Sequence record: OP079919.1
Direction: 5' to 3' (one strand)
Length of the DNA: 64,000 nt
This document shows positions 38,875-48,104 of the stretch, piece after piece. Below the pieces are notes generated by a model. It had not been told where the DNA came from. It ran no database searches and saw only the letters and a program-made list of their open reading frames with translations. The first letter of the stretch is position 1, and each line of letters begins with the position of its first letter. The position numbers were made by a program, and so were the translations under genes.

Positions 38875-39402
38875 ATGTCTGACATCAAACGTATTGCTGA
38901 CTTAATGTACCAATCGGTTATTCAGAATAACCCAGGGATTCTAAAAGCCGGATTGGTTGTCATTGCGACAGACCAAGAAAAAATGGTGAAGTCGGATGTT
39001 CGTTTCATTCCGGTCTCAGCCGCTGTTGGGCCAAATCCGGTCCATGAAAGAATAGAAGCGATTATTAAGGAGGGCGGGTTTTACCTTCACCACCTCGATA
39101 ACGTCTGGGTTGTCACCAATTTCGAAGGGCGGGCACAGGCGGCGTTGTTATACGCGCAACATTGCTTCCAACAATATGCCGTGCGTCTACCACCTGACAG
39201 CGGGTATCGTGGTTATGAAATCAATCCTGGTGTCAGAGTCGAGATCGTTGGGTTCTCCGATCCAACCGCCGAGCCTGAAGAGGCATTCTCGCTTTATGAA
39301 TCATTATGTGCTGAATGCAACCCCTCCCTTGTCAACATAAACGGCGAAGTCCATCTGAAGTCAGACGCTCGTTATCGTAACAGTCACGAGGGCGGTTACT
39401 AA
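38875..39402 (+). CDS. Hypothetical protein
   Basis: TTTAGGA...ATCATG start. Confidence 0.75.
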   Translation: MSDIKRIADLMYQSVIQNNPGILKAGLVVIATDQEKMVKSDVRFIPVSAAVGPNPVHERIEAIIKEGGFYLHHLDNVWVVTNFEGRAQAALLYAQHCFQQYAVRLPPDSGYRGYEINPGVRVEIVGFSDPTAEPEEAFSLYESLCAECNPSLVNINGEVHLKSDARYRNSHEGGY

Positions 39403-39429
39403 TAGTCTAAGTAACACAAGGAATAAAAA

Positions 39430-39795
39430 ATGATAGTGAGACTTGTGGTTAACCAACATTGTCGTCTAGGTTGGTGGTTTGAAAGAGAATATTTCTCCTA
39501 CAATAACCGCGATCTGAGAGACCTCGCCCCTAAGAATAGTGAAACTTATTATTCTGGTGGGGAGCACGGCGTTAATCTCTTCACAGAGAAAGGCGATGAA
39601 ATCAGGGCGTGGTTAGAACTCGTCAAAGAAACTTATCCGATTATTGAAGAAGAGATCGGTCTGGTTCTTAAAGAGATCGGAAACAGTAAAGGGGGATTTT
39701 ACGATGTGCGTAAAATCCTGCGAGATCGCAAACCTTCTTTACTTTGGCAGTGGTCTCCAATGAACAAAGATTTCTTGCCTCCTTCCGTTTTTTGA
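39430..39795 (+). CDS. Hypothetical protein
   Basis: AAGGA SD. Confidence 0.7.
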   Translation: MIVRLVVNQHCRLGWWFEREYFSYNNRDLRDLAPKNSETYYSGGEHGVNLFTEKGDEIRAWLELVKETYPIIEEEIGLVLKEIGNSKGGFYDVRKILRDRKPSLLWQWSPMNKDFLPPSVF

Positions 39796-39880
39796 TCTAG
39801 AGCAATGCCCAGACAAGGATGTCGTCAACACAGCTTAGTGCTGTTTCGAGTCAACTAATTAAACTCAACGAGGAATAAAC

Positions 39881-40756
39881 ATGTTAAGAAATATTCACGA
39901 ATGCATCCGCGCTATCGATATTCATTCTGGTGTAGTGATGTCACTCAGACTCAACGCAGATGATCGAGTAGAACGTCTCACTGCGTCGATCATGATCTCA
40001 GATAGATACGATAACCGGTTCTTAATCTTACCAGATGAAATTAGAACATTCACACAAACCATCCGTGAGTTTGTGCACGGAATTATACCAGGATTTAATC
40101 CTAACGCACCTAAACTTCAATATGTCGTAGTAGAAAACCTGAAAGAAAAACGGGTTAACATTTCTTTTAAAGGAACGACGATAAAAGTGGGCGGGGATAG
40201 AGACCCAAGGATCAATCTTACCGAGATTCTTGAAACGATATCACTCTGGCACCCTTTCATTATTCAGTGGCCAATTTACGGGGTGGTTGACTACGCCGAA
40301 TTGAATAAACTAAACAGAATGCTGTTGCTTCATCGAGACTCCGGCAACTTCCTTAAAGTTCTAACTCGACAAGGAAATATGTCCAATCCGTTGACGACCA
40401 TTACCGTAAGAGATGGTCGGGGATCTCACAAGGAGCTGGTGATTTCTAACAGAACCCAATTCTCGATGATTATTTCTGGTACTGCCGGTAAAGACATCTT
40501 GGAGTTGATTATCGAAACGCTCCAATCTAAACCAATGTTAGGTGATCGGAAAGGTCACATCAAAGAGCTGGCAGGGAAGTACGTTTTTGTCTGCTCCTTG
40601 ATAAAAGCCCCTCGTAAAGAAAACTTTGATCGACACCAGCTCACGATTATGAGTGAGGTCGGACCTTATCCTCAAGCTATCCGTTTAAATTTTGAAACAG
40701 ATGAAGAAAGAAATGAAATTATTTCGGGACTGGAACACGCTTTAACAATCGTTTAA
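39881..40756 (+). CDS. Hypothetical protein
   Basis: GAGGA SD; 291 aa; followed by terminator. Confidence 0.8.
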   Translation: MLRNIHECIRAIDIHSGVVMSLRLNADDRVERLTASIMISDRYDNRFLILPDEIRTFTQTIREFVHGIIPGFNPNAPKLQYVVVENLKEKRVNISFKGTTIKVGGDRDPRINLTEILETISLWHPFIIQWPIYGVVDYAELNKLNRMLLLHRDSGNFLKVLTRQGNMSNPLTTITVRDGRGSHKELVISNRTQFSMIISGTAGKDILELIIETLQSKPMLGDRKGHIKELAGKYVFVCSLIKAPRKENFDRHQLTIMSEVGPYPQAIRLNFETDEERNEIISGLEHALTIV

Positions 40757-40757
40757 C

Positions 40758-40794
40758 TTATACTCCTACTCCCTTATCGGGAGTAGGAGTATAA
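40758..40794. terminator. TACTCC-family hairpin
   Basis: 16-bp stem, TTATC loop. Confidence 0.8.
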
Positions 40795-40888
40795 ACCTTA
40801 TTATTTTTTACTTGTATTTATTTATAGATCTTTATTATCAAAGCGTAAACTAAAACAACCGTTAACTTTATATGGTTGGTTTTTCCTA

Positions 40889-40919
40889 ACCGAGGAAATG
40901 GAAGTCCTCGGTCTTTTTT
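40889..40919 (+). terminator. Intrinsic terminator in the leader of 40952
   Basis: ACCGAGGA/TCCTCGGT followed by C-T6. Confidence 0.6.
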
Positions 40920-40951
40920 AATACGGAATACAAATTTAGGAAATCAAGATC

Positions 40952-41368
40952 ATGAAAAATATCTTTATCGCCCTCTCTCTGTTCGTTTTCTCTTTCTCCG
41001 CACTAGCTGAAGATTTTGTCTGTAAGACAGAAGCCTATGTCGCCGATCCGAAAGGAACCGATCCGGCAGTAATAACTCACGGCGTTTACAGTTTTGATTA
41101 TAATCGCGCTACCGACGTTTTAACCAAAATCGATGGTAAGAAAGATGACTTCGCAGTCCCTACCTTTGCGGTAGGTAAGGACGACAAAGGCATCACCGTC
41201 CGCGTGGGGTATAAAGGCAAAATGGTATATTGGTTTGGGTTTAACGGCCGGGCTATCGATTCCGTCATTCTGGCGGAACATAAAACCATGATAACCCGAG
41301 ATTCTTTTAAAGGGGATACCATGGCGAAAACTGTTTATTTGAAAATGTACAGCGACTGTTCTTATTAA
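40952..41368 (+). CDS. Secreted protein
   Basis: Sec signal peptide ending in ALA; Cys pair. Confidence 0.75.
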   Translation: MKNIFIALSLFVFSFSALAEDFVCKTEAYVADPKGTDPAVITHGVYSFDYNRATDVLTKIDGKKDDFAVPTFAVGKDDKGITVRVGYKGKMVYWFGFNGRAIDSVILAEHKTMITRDSFKGDTMAKTVYLKMYSDCSY

Positions 41369-41377
41369 GGGACGACG

Positions 41378-42073
41378 ATGAAAAGAAATGTGTTCGTCGA
41401 AATGCTCGACAACGGAGTGAGGATAAGAGCGCTTTCGGAAGATGCTAAATCCACACTGATCGACCACACGTTCACCACTCAATCGTTGTTGACTTCCGAA
41501 CAGTTTCGGCGCCTAGTGGACATCGCAGAAGAGAATTGGGAGATCGAAAGTCAGTTTAGAAGATCTGTCCAGCTGTGTGTCCACTGGGGTGTGGTTACCA
41601 AGGAAATCGTAGACGGGTTAACTGAATACATCGGCGATCGTAAAGTTGCTGAACTGGGTTGCGGGCACGGTTATCTTCTTTCTTGTTTAAAAGAAAAAGG
41701 AGTCGATATCCGAGGATACGACCTGGGGATCGAATCAGGAGAGGCCGAAGAATGGTTGGGGTCTAAACTCGTAACTGATAAAAAGCACCATTTGTTTGCT
41801 TCTTATACTTCGGGCAATTATAACGAACTCTCGTTCGATTATTACGATATCATTCTCATGGTCTGGCCTCGTAATGCCGATCAAGCATTACTCAAAATGA
41901 AGCCTAGACAGACGCTCATTCTTATCGGGGAATTGGACGGCTGCACCGGAGGTCCTCTTCAAGAGAGGATTTTGAATGAGCGTTTTGAAGTCATAGAAGA
42001 AAATTTCTTAGGGAAGCATTATATCCGCTGGGATGGACTCCACGACAAGATTAACATTTATCGTAAAAACTGA
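41378..42073 (+). CDS. Class I SAM-dependent methyltransferase-like protein
   Basis: KVAELGCGHGYL, GYDLG, IILMVWP, IGELDGCTG. Confidence 0.75.
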   Translation: MKRNVFVEMLDNGVRIRALSEDAKSTLIDHTFTTQSLLTSEQFRRLVDIAEENWEIESQFRRSVQLCVHWGVVTKEIVDGLTEYIGDRKVAELGCGHGYLLSCLKEKGVDIRGYDLGIESGEAEEWLGSKLVTDKKHHLFASYTSGNYNELSFDYYDIILMVWPRNADQALLKMKPRQTLILIGELDGCTGGPLQERILNERFEVIEENFLGKHYIRWDGLHDKINIYRKN

Positions 42074-42100
42074 CATCAACTTTATTTAGGGAAACGTATC

Positions 42101-42556
42101 ATGTCATTACTGAAAAACATCGTTATTAAATCTTCTTCTATTTCCGCCATCTGTGGGATTCCGACTTATAAGGATAAACCTTGCGCTTACACCAACGTGG
42201 GGTTCAATCGCAAACTTTACGGTACGGGCGTGGACTACGTCCTCGATAATTCGGATGGGATCCTCAAACAAACTAATCTGGATGAAACCAGTTCTGATCA
42301 GCCGACTAAGCTTAACGGTGTTTTCGTTATTAAACACATGACCGGGTTGGTTGACGGCAATTCCTGCGTAATCGGGGTTAAGGACGACGTCATCCTTTGC
42401 GTGGCGGACAACAAAGGACTTATCTGGACCCACCCCACCTGTTCCACAATGAGTATTCAGGATGAGTGTCTCAAAGAGGTGATGACTCCCGACGGATTCG
42501 AGCAGTATAAGTTGGGTCGTAAACGTCGCTTCTCTGACGATCTGGCTTTCTTTTAA
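42101..42556 (+). CDS. Hypothetical protein
   Basis: TTTAGGGA...ATCATG start. Confidence 0.75.
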   Translation: MSLLKNIVIKSSSISAICGIPTYKDKPCAYTNVGFNRKLYGTGVDYVLDNSDGILKQTNLDETSSDQPTKLNGVFVIKHMTGLVDGNSCVIGVKDDVILCVADNKGLIWTHPTCSTMSIQDECLKEVMTPDGFEQYKLGRKRRFSDDLAFF

Positions 42557-42568
42557 AGGAAACGAAAA

Positions 42569-42883
42569 ATGCACTCGCAGCTCACAACCATTATTGACAC
42601 GGTGGAAAGGGTCAAAAACGATCGGTTTAATCCCGAGACCTTCATCACCAGTCGAAAAGTAAGCACCAACGATATGGTGTTTTCTTACAGTTATCTTTTG
42701 GGTAATCTTTACATCAAAGGTGCGTTCGACGACGGCGAATTCGAAATCTTCAAAGATCACGCTACCTGGCAGGTTTGGATCTGGGGTGAAAAGAAACCGG
42801 ATCGCTGTCAGTTCTCCTGTCCTGAACACGGGTACGATAAAGTAAAACACTTTATCGAAACCACTTTCCCAGAAACGAAATAA
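42569..42883 (+). CDS. Hypothetical protein
   Basis: AAGGA SD. Confidence 0.7.
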   Translation: MHSQLTTIIDTVERVKNDRFNPETFITSRKVSTNDMVFSYSYLLGNLYIKGAFDDGEFEIFKDHATWQVWIWGEKKPDRCQFSCPEHGYDKVKHFIETTFPETK

Positions 42884-42925
42884 CGTGGTTGGGGAGAAAC
42901 CTCCCCAGCTAATTAAGAGGCCGAT

Positions 42926-43402
42926 ATGGATACCATTTCAGTATTAACTCATCAAATTGTCGTCGTTCAAATGGATGAGGAAACACTCACTTTGAAAGAT
43001 CTTCGTCATGACGGCACGCTGGTCTTCAAGCACTTTGATGATAATTCCCCCCGAGCGACGTTGAATGATCTGAAAAGGTTATTTGAGGCGGGAGACCTCC
43101 TCCTGAGAATCAAAGGACATAATGAGATAGGTGTTTCAGAAGGGTTTGATTTTACTGGCTACGTCGAATTACACAACGTAGTCCTCACCGACCCAATTCT
43201 GGAAAACACGGATCTTCTTGACGTCAGCCTCCCTAACAACACTTTCTTATCGGTGCGCTTTGCTTCTCTAGAACGTGTCTCCACTGATGTCAAGTCAAAG
43301 AAAATCTTTTTGGCTTATGGGCTATATGCCGGGACTGATTTAACGACAGCTGGTGACATCAATCTCGTTAATGGTCAGCGGTGTAACTTGGATAGAATTT
43401 AA
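42926..43402 (+). CDS. Hypothetical protein
   Basis: GAGG SD. Confidence 0.7.
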   Translation: MDTISVLTHQIVVVQMDEETLTLKDLRHDGTLVFKHFDDNSPRATLNDLKRLFEAGDLLLRIKGHNEIGVSEGFDFTGYVELHNVVLTDPILENTDLLDVSLPNNTFLSVRFASLERVSTDVKSKKIFLAYGLYAGTDLTTAGDINLVNGQRCNLDRI

Positions 43403-43411
43403 GAGGTAGCC

Positions 43412-43804
43412 ATGATTACTGTCGATTTAACAATGGGTTGCGTGACTCGTCTGGGTCTAATCATCAACAGAATCCAAAATTATCCGCGTCATAAGGCCCT
43501 CAAAGATTTAGCTCCGCTATTTATCTTTGATGAAACCAATTGGTTTTACCCGCGTTGCGAAATAAAGTGGAATAACCCGGAAACCTTAATCACCTGGCTG
43601 GGGTTGGTGGCTGATGAATTTCCCGAAGTCGGTGAAGAAGTCGAATTGATCGTTCGTGCAATCGAGGGTAAAACGTCCGGTCGGGTCAGTGTTTTTGATT
43701 TACTCAATACCCCCACTCACCAACACCTTCTCCTGGTTTGGGATATCCATGAGAAAAAGACAACGGTTAAACATCCAGGCGGTGACCATCCCTTCTTTAA
43801 ATAA
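43412..43804 (+). CDS. Hypothetical protein
   Basis: GAGGT SD. Confidence 0.7.
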   Translation: MITVDLTMGCVTRLGLIINRIQNYPRHKALKDLAPLFIFDETNWFYPRCEIKWNNPETLITWLGLVADEFPEVGEEVELIVRAIEGKTSGRVSVFDLLNTPTHQHLLLVWDIHEKKTTVKHPGGDHPFFK

Positions 43805-43830
43805 TCCGTTTTTCTTTAGGAATTAACATC

Positions 43831-44208
43831 ATGTCTAAGTTATCATCTTCAGCGGTAAATGATTTATTTTGTGAGTGTTTGGCTGGATCAGAAGAAGATC
43901 CCGACGTAAAGGTCGTAGTGGGTATCGTAGGGGTCTTTATCTTCGATCCCGCTAAACTTATTGAAAACAAAGAAAGTATCGTTTCTTTTCTCATGGAGCT
44001 TCCTGAGAAATTTCAGGAAGAGAAAGGAGGCGGGTGGAGTTTCCTCGAAGCTTGTATGGATAAAGAGGGAAACCACTGGGCAGAACATCCAACCATCGAA
44101 CGGCTAATGGGTCTGGGAATCGCCATAGATAAAGTAGAATACGTTCTACCGCGCGAAATGTGGTCCGTCCTCCCAGGCGGAATGCCGTATTTTGTTATTA
44201 AGAAATAA
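43831..44208 (+). CDS. Conserved phage hypothetical protein
   Basis: ELPE.F....GGGWSFL.AC.D..G..W...LPGGMPY motif recalled from other phages. Confidence 0.75.
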   Translation: MSKLSSSAVNDLFCECLAGSEEDPDVKVVVGIVGVFIFDPAKLIENKESIVSFLMELPEKFQEEKGGGWSFLEACMDKEGNHWAEHPTIERLMGLGIAIDKVEYVLPREMWSVLPGGMPYFVIKK

Positions 44209-44237
44209 CCAAACCTAACTTTTGAAAGGAACATCCA

Positions 44238-44696
44238 ATGAAAAGCATCGTTTTAGTTTTACTCTCTTTCTTTTCCGCTTCCGTATTTGCTGGCGCAATG
44301 GGAATGGTCGATCCTCTGGACGTTGTAGGCGATCGTTGCGCTCCAGGCGATATCGTCTTTTACGGTCAAACTGAAAAAGGACATAAAGAAGTTCTCGTCT
44401 GCCGTTGGGACAATGACGTCTTTTACTCCTACGGTAAGATCGGTCAGAAACCCGAGCTGTATCTTAAAGTCAATGTTCGCGATGTAAGGGCTCAGGTTGA
44501 AGACACCGACAACACCAGCGGCGAACAAGTCATCATCAAAAATGGTAACACGCTTTATTACGTTGGCGCGAAATCTTACTTCAACGAAGCTAAAGATGTG
44601 GGTTGGGTTAACGTTACCGATACCAATGGTAAAAAGATCGTTAACATTCCACTGGTAGGCAGCGGAACCATAAGCGACATTCGTAATCAATTTTAA
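44238..44696 (+). CDS. Secreted protein
   Basis: Signal peptide ending in VFA; Cys pair; Y.YGK.G.KPEL. Confidence 0.75.
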   Translation: MKSIVLVLLSFFSASVFAGAMGMVDPLDVVGDRCAPGDIVFYGQTEKGHKEVLVCRWDNDVFYSYGKIGQKPELYLKVNVRDVRAQVEDTDNTSGEQVIIKNGNTLYYVGAKSYFNEAKDVGWVNVTDTNGKKIVNIPLVGSGTISDIRNQF

Positions 44697-44710
44697 CTGG
44701 GTGGGTTAAG

Positions 44711-45058
44711 ATGACTTATAAAGAGCTCAACGAACTACTCTCTACCAAAACACCGACCGAACAGTTTGTTTGGTTGGAAGCGGAAGTGAAACGTCTCGGT
44801 CTCGAGATCACTGATAAGCGCCACGCTGATTGGATTACTGAAGGAAAGCAAGATCCTTTCGGAGGACGGTATGATGACGATGACCGCGCGCATCAATCTC
44901 AACATACCGACTATGATGTAGGGAACGCCGTTTACCTGGCGGATCGGCACGACCTCAGTCTCATCGCTCAACAAACCGAAGCTAAAGAACGCATCCGCTG
45001 GCTATCCCGGCAGTTGTATAAACATCGATTAATCCAGGCTATCCTTTTAGCCGAATAA
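44711..45058 (+). CDS. Conserved phage hypothetical protein
   Basis: DP.G..Y...TD..AK.RIRWLSR motif. Confidence 0.7.
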   Translation: MTYKELNELLSTKTPTEQFVWLEAEVKRLGLEITDKRHADWITEGKQDPFGGRYDDDDRAHQSQHTDYDVGNAVYLADRHDLSLIAQQTEAKERIRWLSRQLYKHRLIQAILLAE

Positions 45059-45071
45059 CAAAGGTATCACC

Positions 45072-45425
45072 GTGAAAAACATTTTAGGTCTCATCATCCT
45101 GTTCTTCCTGGCAACAACCCCGGCACGAGCCCACTTGTTTGGACCGGTGGACCAAGTCAACATCCGTGGTTACGAAACGACTCTGATCAACATGCGGTTA
45201 AAATCGGATCGTAACGACTACTACGCGTTTAGCGTCGGAGACGTCACTAAGGTGGACAGTAAGGGGAATCCGGTTAAGATGTACGTGATGGCTGGCATGG
45301 AAGCCATTTTCCCAATGACCATTAGTAATAAGTACATTAAAAACGACCACATCAAGATCTGTTCCTGGCCTCTTGATGCCCACTCGCAATTCACCGGAAA
45401 GGTATGCTTCGATGTTCGCGTATAA
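45072..45425 (+). CDS. Secreted protein, module gene 1 (chaperone/Ig-like?)
   Basis: GTG start; signal peptide ending in ARA-H; YY and ICS...C motifs. Confidence 0.65.
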   Translation: MKNILGLIILFFLATTPARAHLFGPVDQVNIRGYETTLINMRLKSDRNDYYAFSVGDVTKVDSKGNPVKMYVMAGMEAIFPMTISNKYIKNDHIKICSWPLDAHSQFTGKVCFDVRV

Positions 45426-45807
45426 AACACTCATCATCCTCATTGCAGCGTTTTTCACTAACCTGGCGTTAGCTGACGCGCCCTACATGACTAACAACAC
45501 CGCCTCGTCTTCTGAACGAGTACAGGTCGGTGATGTAAGTTGCGATTCTTCTAAACCACAGTCAACTATTAATATAGGAGCTTACGGTAATAACGGCAAT
45601 CGTTACAGTTACGAAGATTCTGATAAAGGCGGGTTCGTATCCATCTCCATCCCTATCGGGGAATCTGCCGTAAAGACGGATTGCTCGCGCCTCTATGACT
45701 TAGGCGTGAAGATGAAAGAAGTTGAATTAAAACAGCGTGAAATGGCTGTTGCTGCTGCCGAAGAAAACCTTCGGCTCCAACAGCAGCGAGCTTTAGATTT
45801 CAAATAA
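45412..45807 (+). CDS. Secreted protein with C-terminal coiled coil, module gene 2
   Basis: Start moved to the ATG after GGAAAGGT; signal peptide; GDVSC...ISIPI...DCSRLY; heptad tail. Confidence 0.7.
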   Translation: MFAYKTLIILIAAFFTNLALADAPYMTNNTASSSERVQVGDVSCDSSKPQSTINIGAYGNNGNRYSYEDSDKGGFVSISIPIGESAVKTDCSRLYDLGVKMKEVELKQREMAVAAAEENLRLQQQRALDFK

Positions 45808-45852
45808 CCAACCTTAACGTTATACCAACCAACCCAACAGGAAAATTCCTAA

Positions 45853-46344
45853 ATGAAAAAGATCATGATCGCTATTGCTCTTCTGTCTACCACAGCATTC
45901 GCCAACGCCGCTTCTGAGCAGGTATGGAACGCGTCTCTCACCAACAGCCAAATCACCTGCGGCATCGACTACACCGGCGGCACCCCGGTTGAAGGCGGTA
46001 TTCTTACTGCTAACGAAAGCGGGACGAATACGTCCAAAGCCATTTCCTTCACCCTGATCGCGAACACGCAAAACGTCAACTGGCAGATCACCGAAGCCAA
46101 ACTGGTTCAAAACACCGGCCGGTTTGATTTCAGCGATAACCTACTGAGCGTAAACGATAAAACCAAAACGTCGGTTTACATCAACGATCAGGAATACGCG
46201 TGGCCTGACGCCGCTCAAGCTAAAGCGTTGGCGAGCAATTCTCGCGTGATCAAACTGGCGCCGAAAATCAATCTGGAACAGTCGGTCTTCCCGGTCGGGA
46301 CAACCCGCATCCAAGGCAAGATTGTGATCAACTGCATTCAGTAA
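45853..46344 (+). CDS. Secreted pilin/fimbrial-subunit-like protein, module gene 3
   Basis: Signal peptide ending in ANA; N- and C-terminal Cys; terminal beta-strand FPVGTTRIQGKIVINC. Confidence 0.6.
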   Translation: MKKIMIAIALLSTTAFANAASEQVWNASLTNSQITCGIDYTGGTPVEGGILTANESGTNTSKAISFTLIANTQNVNWQITEAKLVQNTGRFDFSDNLLSVNDKTKTSVYINDQEYAWPDAAQAKALASNSRVIKLAPKINLEQSVFPVGTTRIQGKIVINCIQ

Positions 46345-46363
46345 TCGTCATCTACACATCTTC

Positions 46364-46392
46364 AATAGGGGGAGATACTCCCCCTATTTTTT
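46364..46392 (+). terminator. Terminator after the secreted module
   Basis: 11-bp stem followed by T-tract. Confidence 0.8.
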
Positions 46393-46413
46393 ACACCCCT
46401 CACTTTTAGGAAA

Positions 46414-46818
46414 ATGCAAATGTCTACTATCTCTCAAAACTCAACTACTGATATGAACGGCAAAGTGACTTTTAATAAAGGCGCTTTCCCGCAGCTGATG
46501 ACCCCAACTTTCATGATCTTCATCTGGGCCTATCAGCCGGTTATGAACGCCATCCAGGGCTGGAACCCGGCCATCGGTTTCATCTTCGCCTTTGTCGTCT
46601 TCCTGATCTGGTTTTGTCATGACCGCGCATTCTTGGCTTCACAAGGTGCGTTCGTCCCTCACTGGCTTTGGTTCCTTTTCGTTCCGGTGTATATCTATAA
46701 ACGCCAGAAACGTAACGGTAATAGCCGTTGGTGGGTCGTCTTCTGGCTGATCAGCGTAATAATGGGGTTGGTGGTTTCCGCCGCCACTATGGCAGTATTC
46801 CATCCCCAGGGTTACTGA
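46414..46818 (+). CDS. Membrane protein
   Basis: Several TM helices; LFVPVYIYKR motif. Confidence 0.75.
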   Translation: MQMSTISQNSTTDMNGKVTFNKGAFPQLMTPTFMIFIWAYQPVMNAIQGWNPAIGFIFAFVVFLIWFCHDRAFLASQGAFVPHWLWFLFVPVYIYKRQKRNGNSRWWVVFWLISVIMGLVVSAATMAVFHPQGY

Positions 46819-46823
46819 TTTCA

Positions 46824-46851
46824 TTTGTGAGGCGGAATTCCGCCTCACAAA
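46824..46851. terminator. Perfect 28-bp palindrome
   Basis: TTTGTGAGGCGGAA-TTCCGCCTCACAAA. Confidence 0.7.
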
Positions 46852-46893
46852 AACTCTCTTTTATTTTTTATTTATTTCTTAGGAATAAACATC

Positions 46894-47538
46894 ATGGCAA
46901 CTCCACGTAAAAAGAAACCCGCAACAAAAAACCGCATGACTTTCGAACAAAAACGTCTGTCTGAAATCATTAAGAAAGTCTATCACGAGCTCTATTTTGT
47001 CGGGGCGTCTTTTTATAAACCGACGGCGGTCAACGCCAACAAGCTCTTCTTAGGAGCTCAGGGTAAAGAAGTTCATACCGCGCGGCGAATTCTATTAGAT
47101 CATTTGATCAGCCTTAAGACGAACTGGCCTTTATGGGTTGGGTGTTTCTTCAATACCCCTAATGGAATCTCTGTGGCTACCGCAGACTCTTTATGGGAAG
47201 CAGAGACGATGTTATCCTTCGGGGGACAGTTCAATAAAAGAATAGAGACTGTGGTAGATGGCATCATCGAAGCTGAAAATGACCCCGACTGCACTCGGGA
47301 AACATTGATAGGCTACGGATATTTCTTTAGCCACTGCGACATCTACAACATGTCCGGGACAGACGAACGTTTAGTAAAACTGATGCTCCCCTATATGGAC
47401 AAGCATTTGGCTAAAGAAGTTAAACCAGAAGACGTCGTCGTTAGCACAGACCTTTTGATCGAATCAATAGTCAAGCGTGGTGGGGTCGCTAAAGATGGCA
47501 AAATCGAAGAATACATCGAGGTGTCGGAGGAGTGGTGA
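46894..47538 (+). CDS. Hypothetical protein
   Basis: TTAGGA...ATCATG start; basic N-terminus. Confidence 0.75.
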   Translation: MATPRKKKPATKNRMTFEQKRLSEIIKKVYHELYFVGASFYKPTAVNANKLFLGAQGKEVHTARRILLDHLISLKTNWPLWVGCFFNTPNGISVATADSLWEAETMLSFGGQFNKRIETVVDGIIEAENDPDCTRETLIGYGYFFSHCDIYNMSGTDERLVKLMLPYMDKHLAKEVKPEDVVVSTDLLIESIVKRGGVAKDGKIEEYIEVSEEW

Positions 47539-48086
47539 AACGATTATACCTGTTACTCATTTTGCTCGGATTAAGTTTTAGTAGTTTGGCCAGAGTCGAT
47601 ATCGTCCTGGTCTGTAATAAAGTTGGAGAGACCAAAGGAACTGGGGTTGTTAAACCGACTCTTTACAACACCGACATCAATTATTTTATAATTTCCAAAA
47701 ATAAAATATCGTTACTTAATGGGCGTTACGGCGGGGTTCTTATGGAACTGCCTTTTTTCCTTTATCATGATAAAGGAAAAATAGAGGGTAGTGGGACTGC
47801 TGGGTACGATAAGATCGATCTCGGTTTTACTAACGGCGACCTCGTCATAAACCTCACTAGGTTCACGAAATTCATAGCGACCCCGGATAACAAAGAGAAC
47901 AAAGTAGATAAAACGATTGAGTTCTCAGAGTGCTATATTTTGGATAGGATTATCACGCCTGAAGCAGAGGATGCAGTTCCTTTCTCTAAAAGCGATAATA
48001 GTGACACCAAAAGCAGAAGAGGTCCTGGTCCAGGTCCGGCTAATCCAGGTAGTCACCCCAACGGTCCTCCGGGACCACCCCGTTAA
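47532..48086 (+). CDS. Secreted protein with Pro/Gly-rich tail
   Basis: Signal peptide; ends GPGPGPANPGSHPNGPPGPPR. Confidence 0.7.
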   Translation: MVKRLYLLLILLGLSFSSLARVDIVLVCNKVGETKGTGVVKPTLYNTDINYFIISKNKISLLNGRYGGVLMELPFFLYHDKGKIEGSGTAGYDKIDLGFTNGDLVINLTRFTKFIATPDNKENKVDKTIEFSECYILDRIITPEAEDAVPFSKSDNSDTKSRRGPGPGPANPGSHPNGPPGPPR

Positions 48087-48104
48087 TTACTCAAAGGAAA
48101 TATC

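Noticed and set aside
42107-42850. 247-aa antisense ORF
   Set aside because: Fully overlaps two plus-strand genes with good SDs; no recognisable motif or RBS; likely a codon-bias shadow
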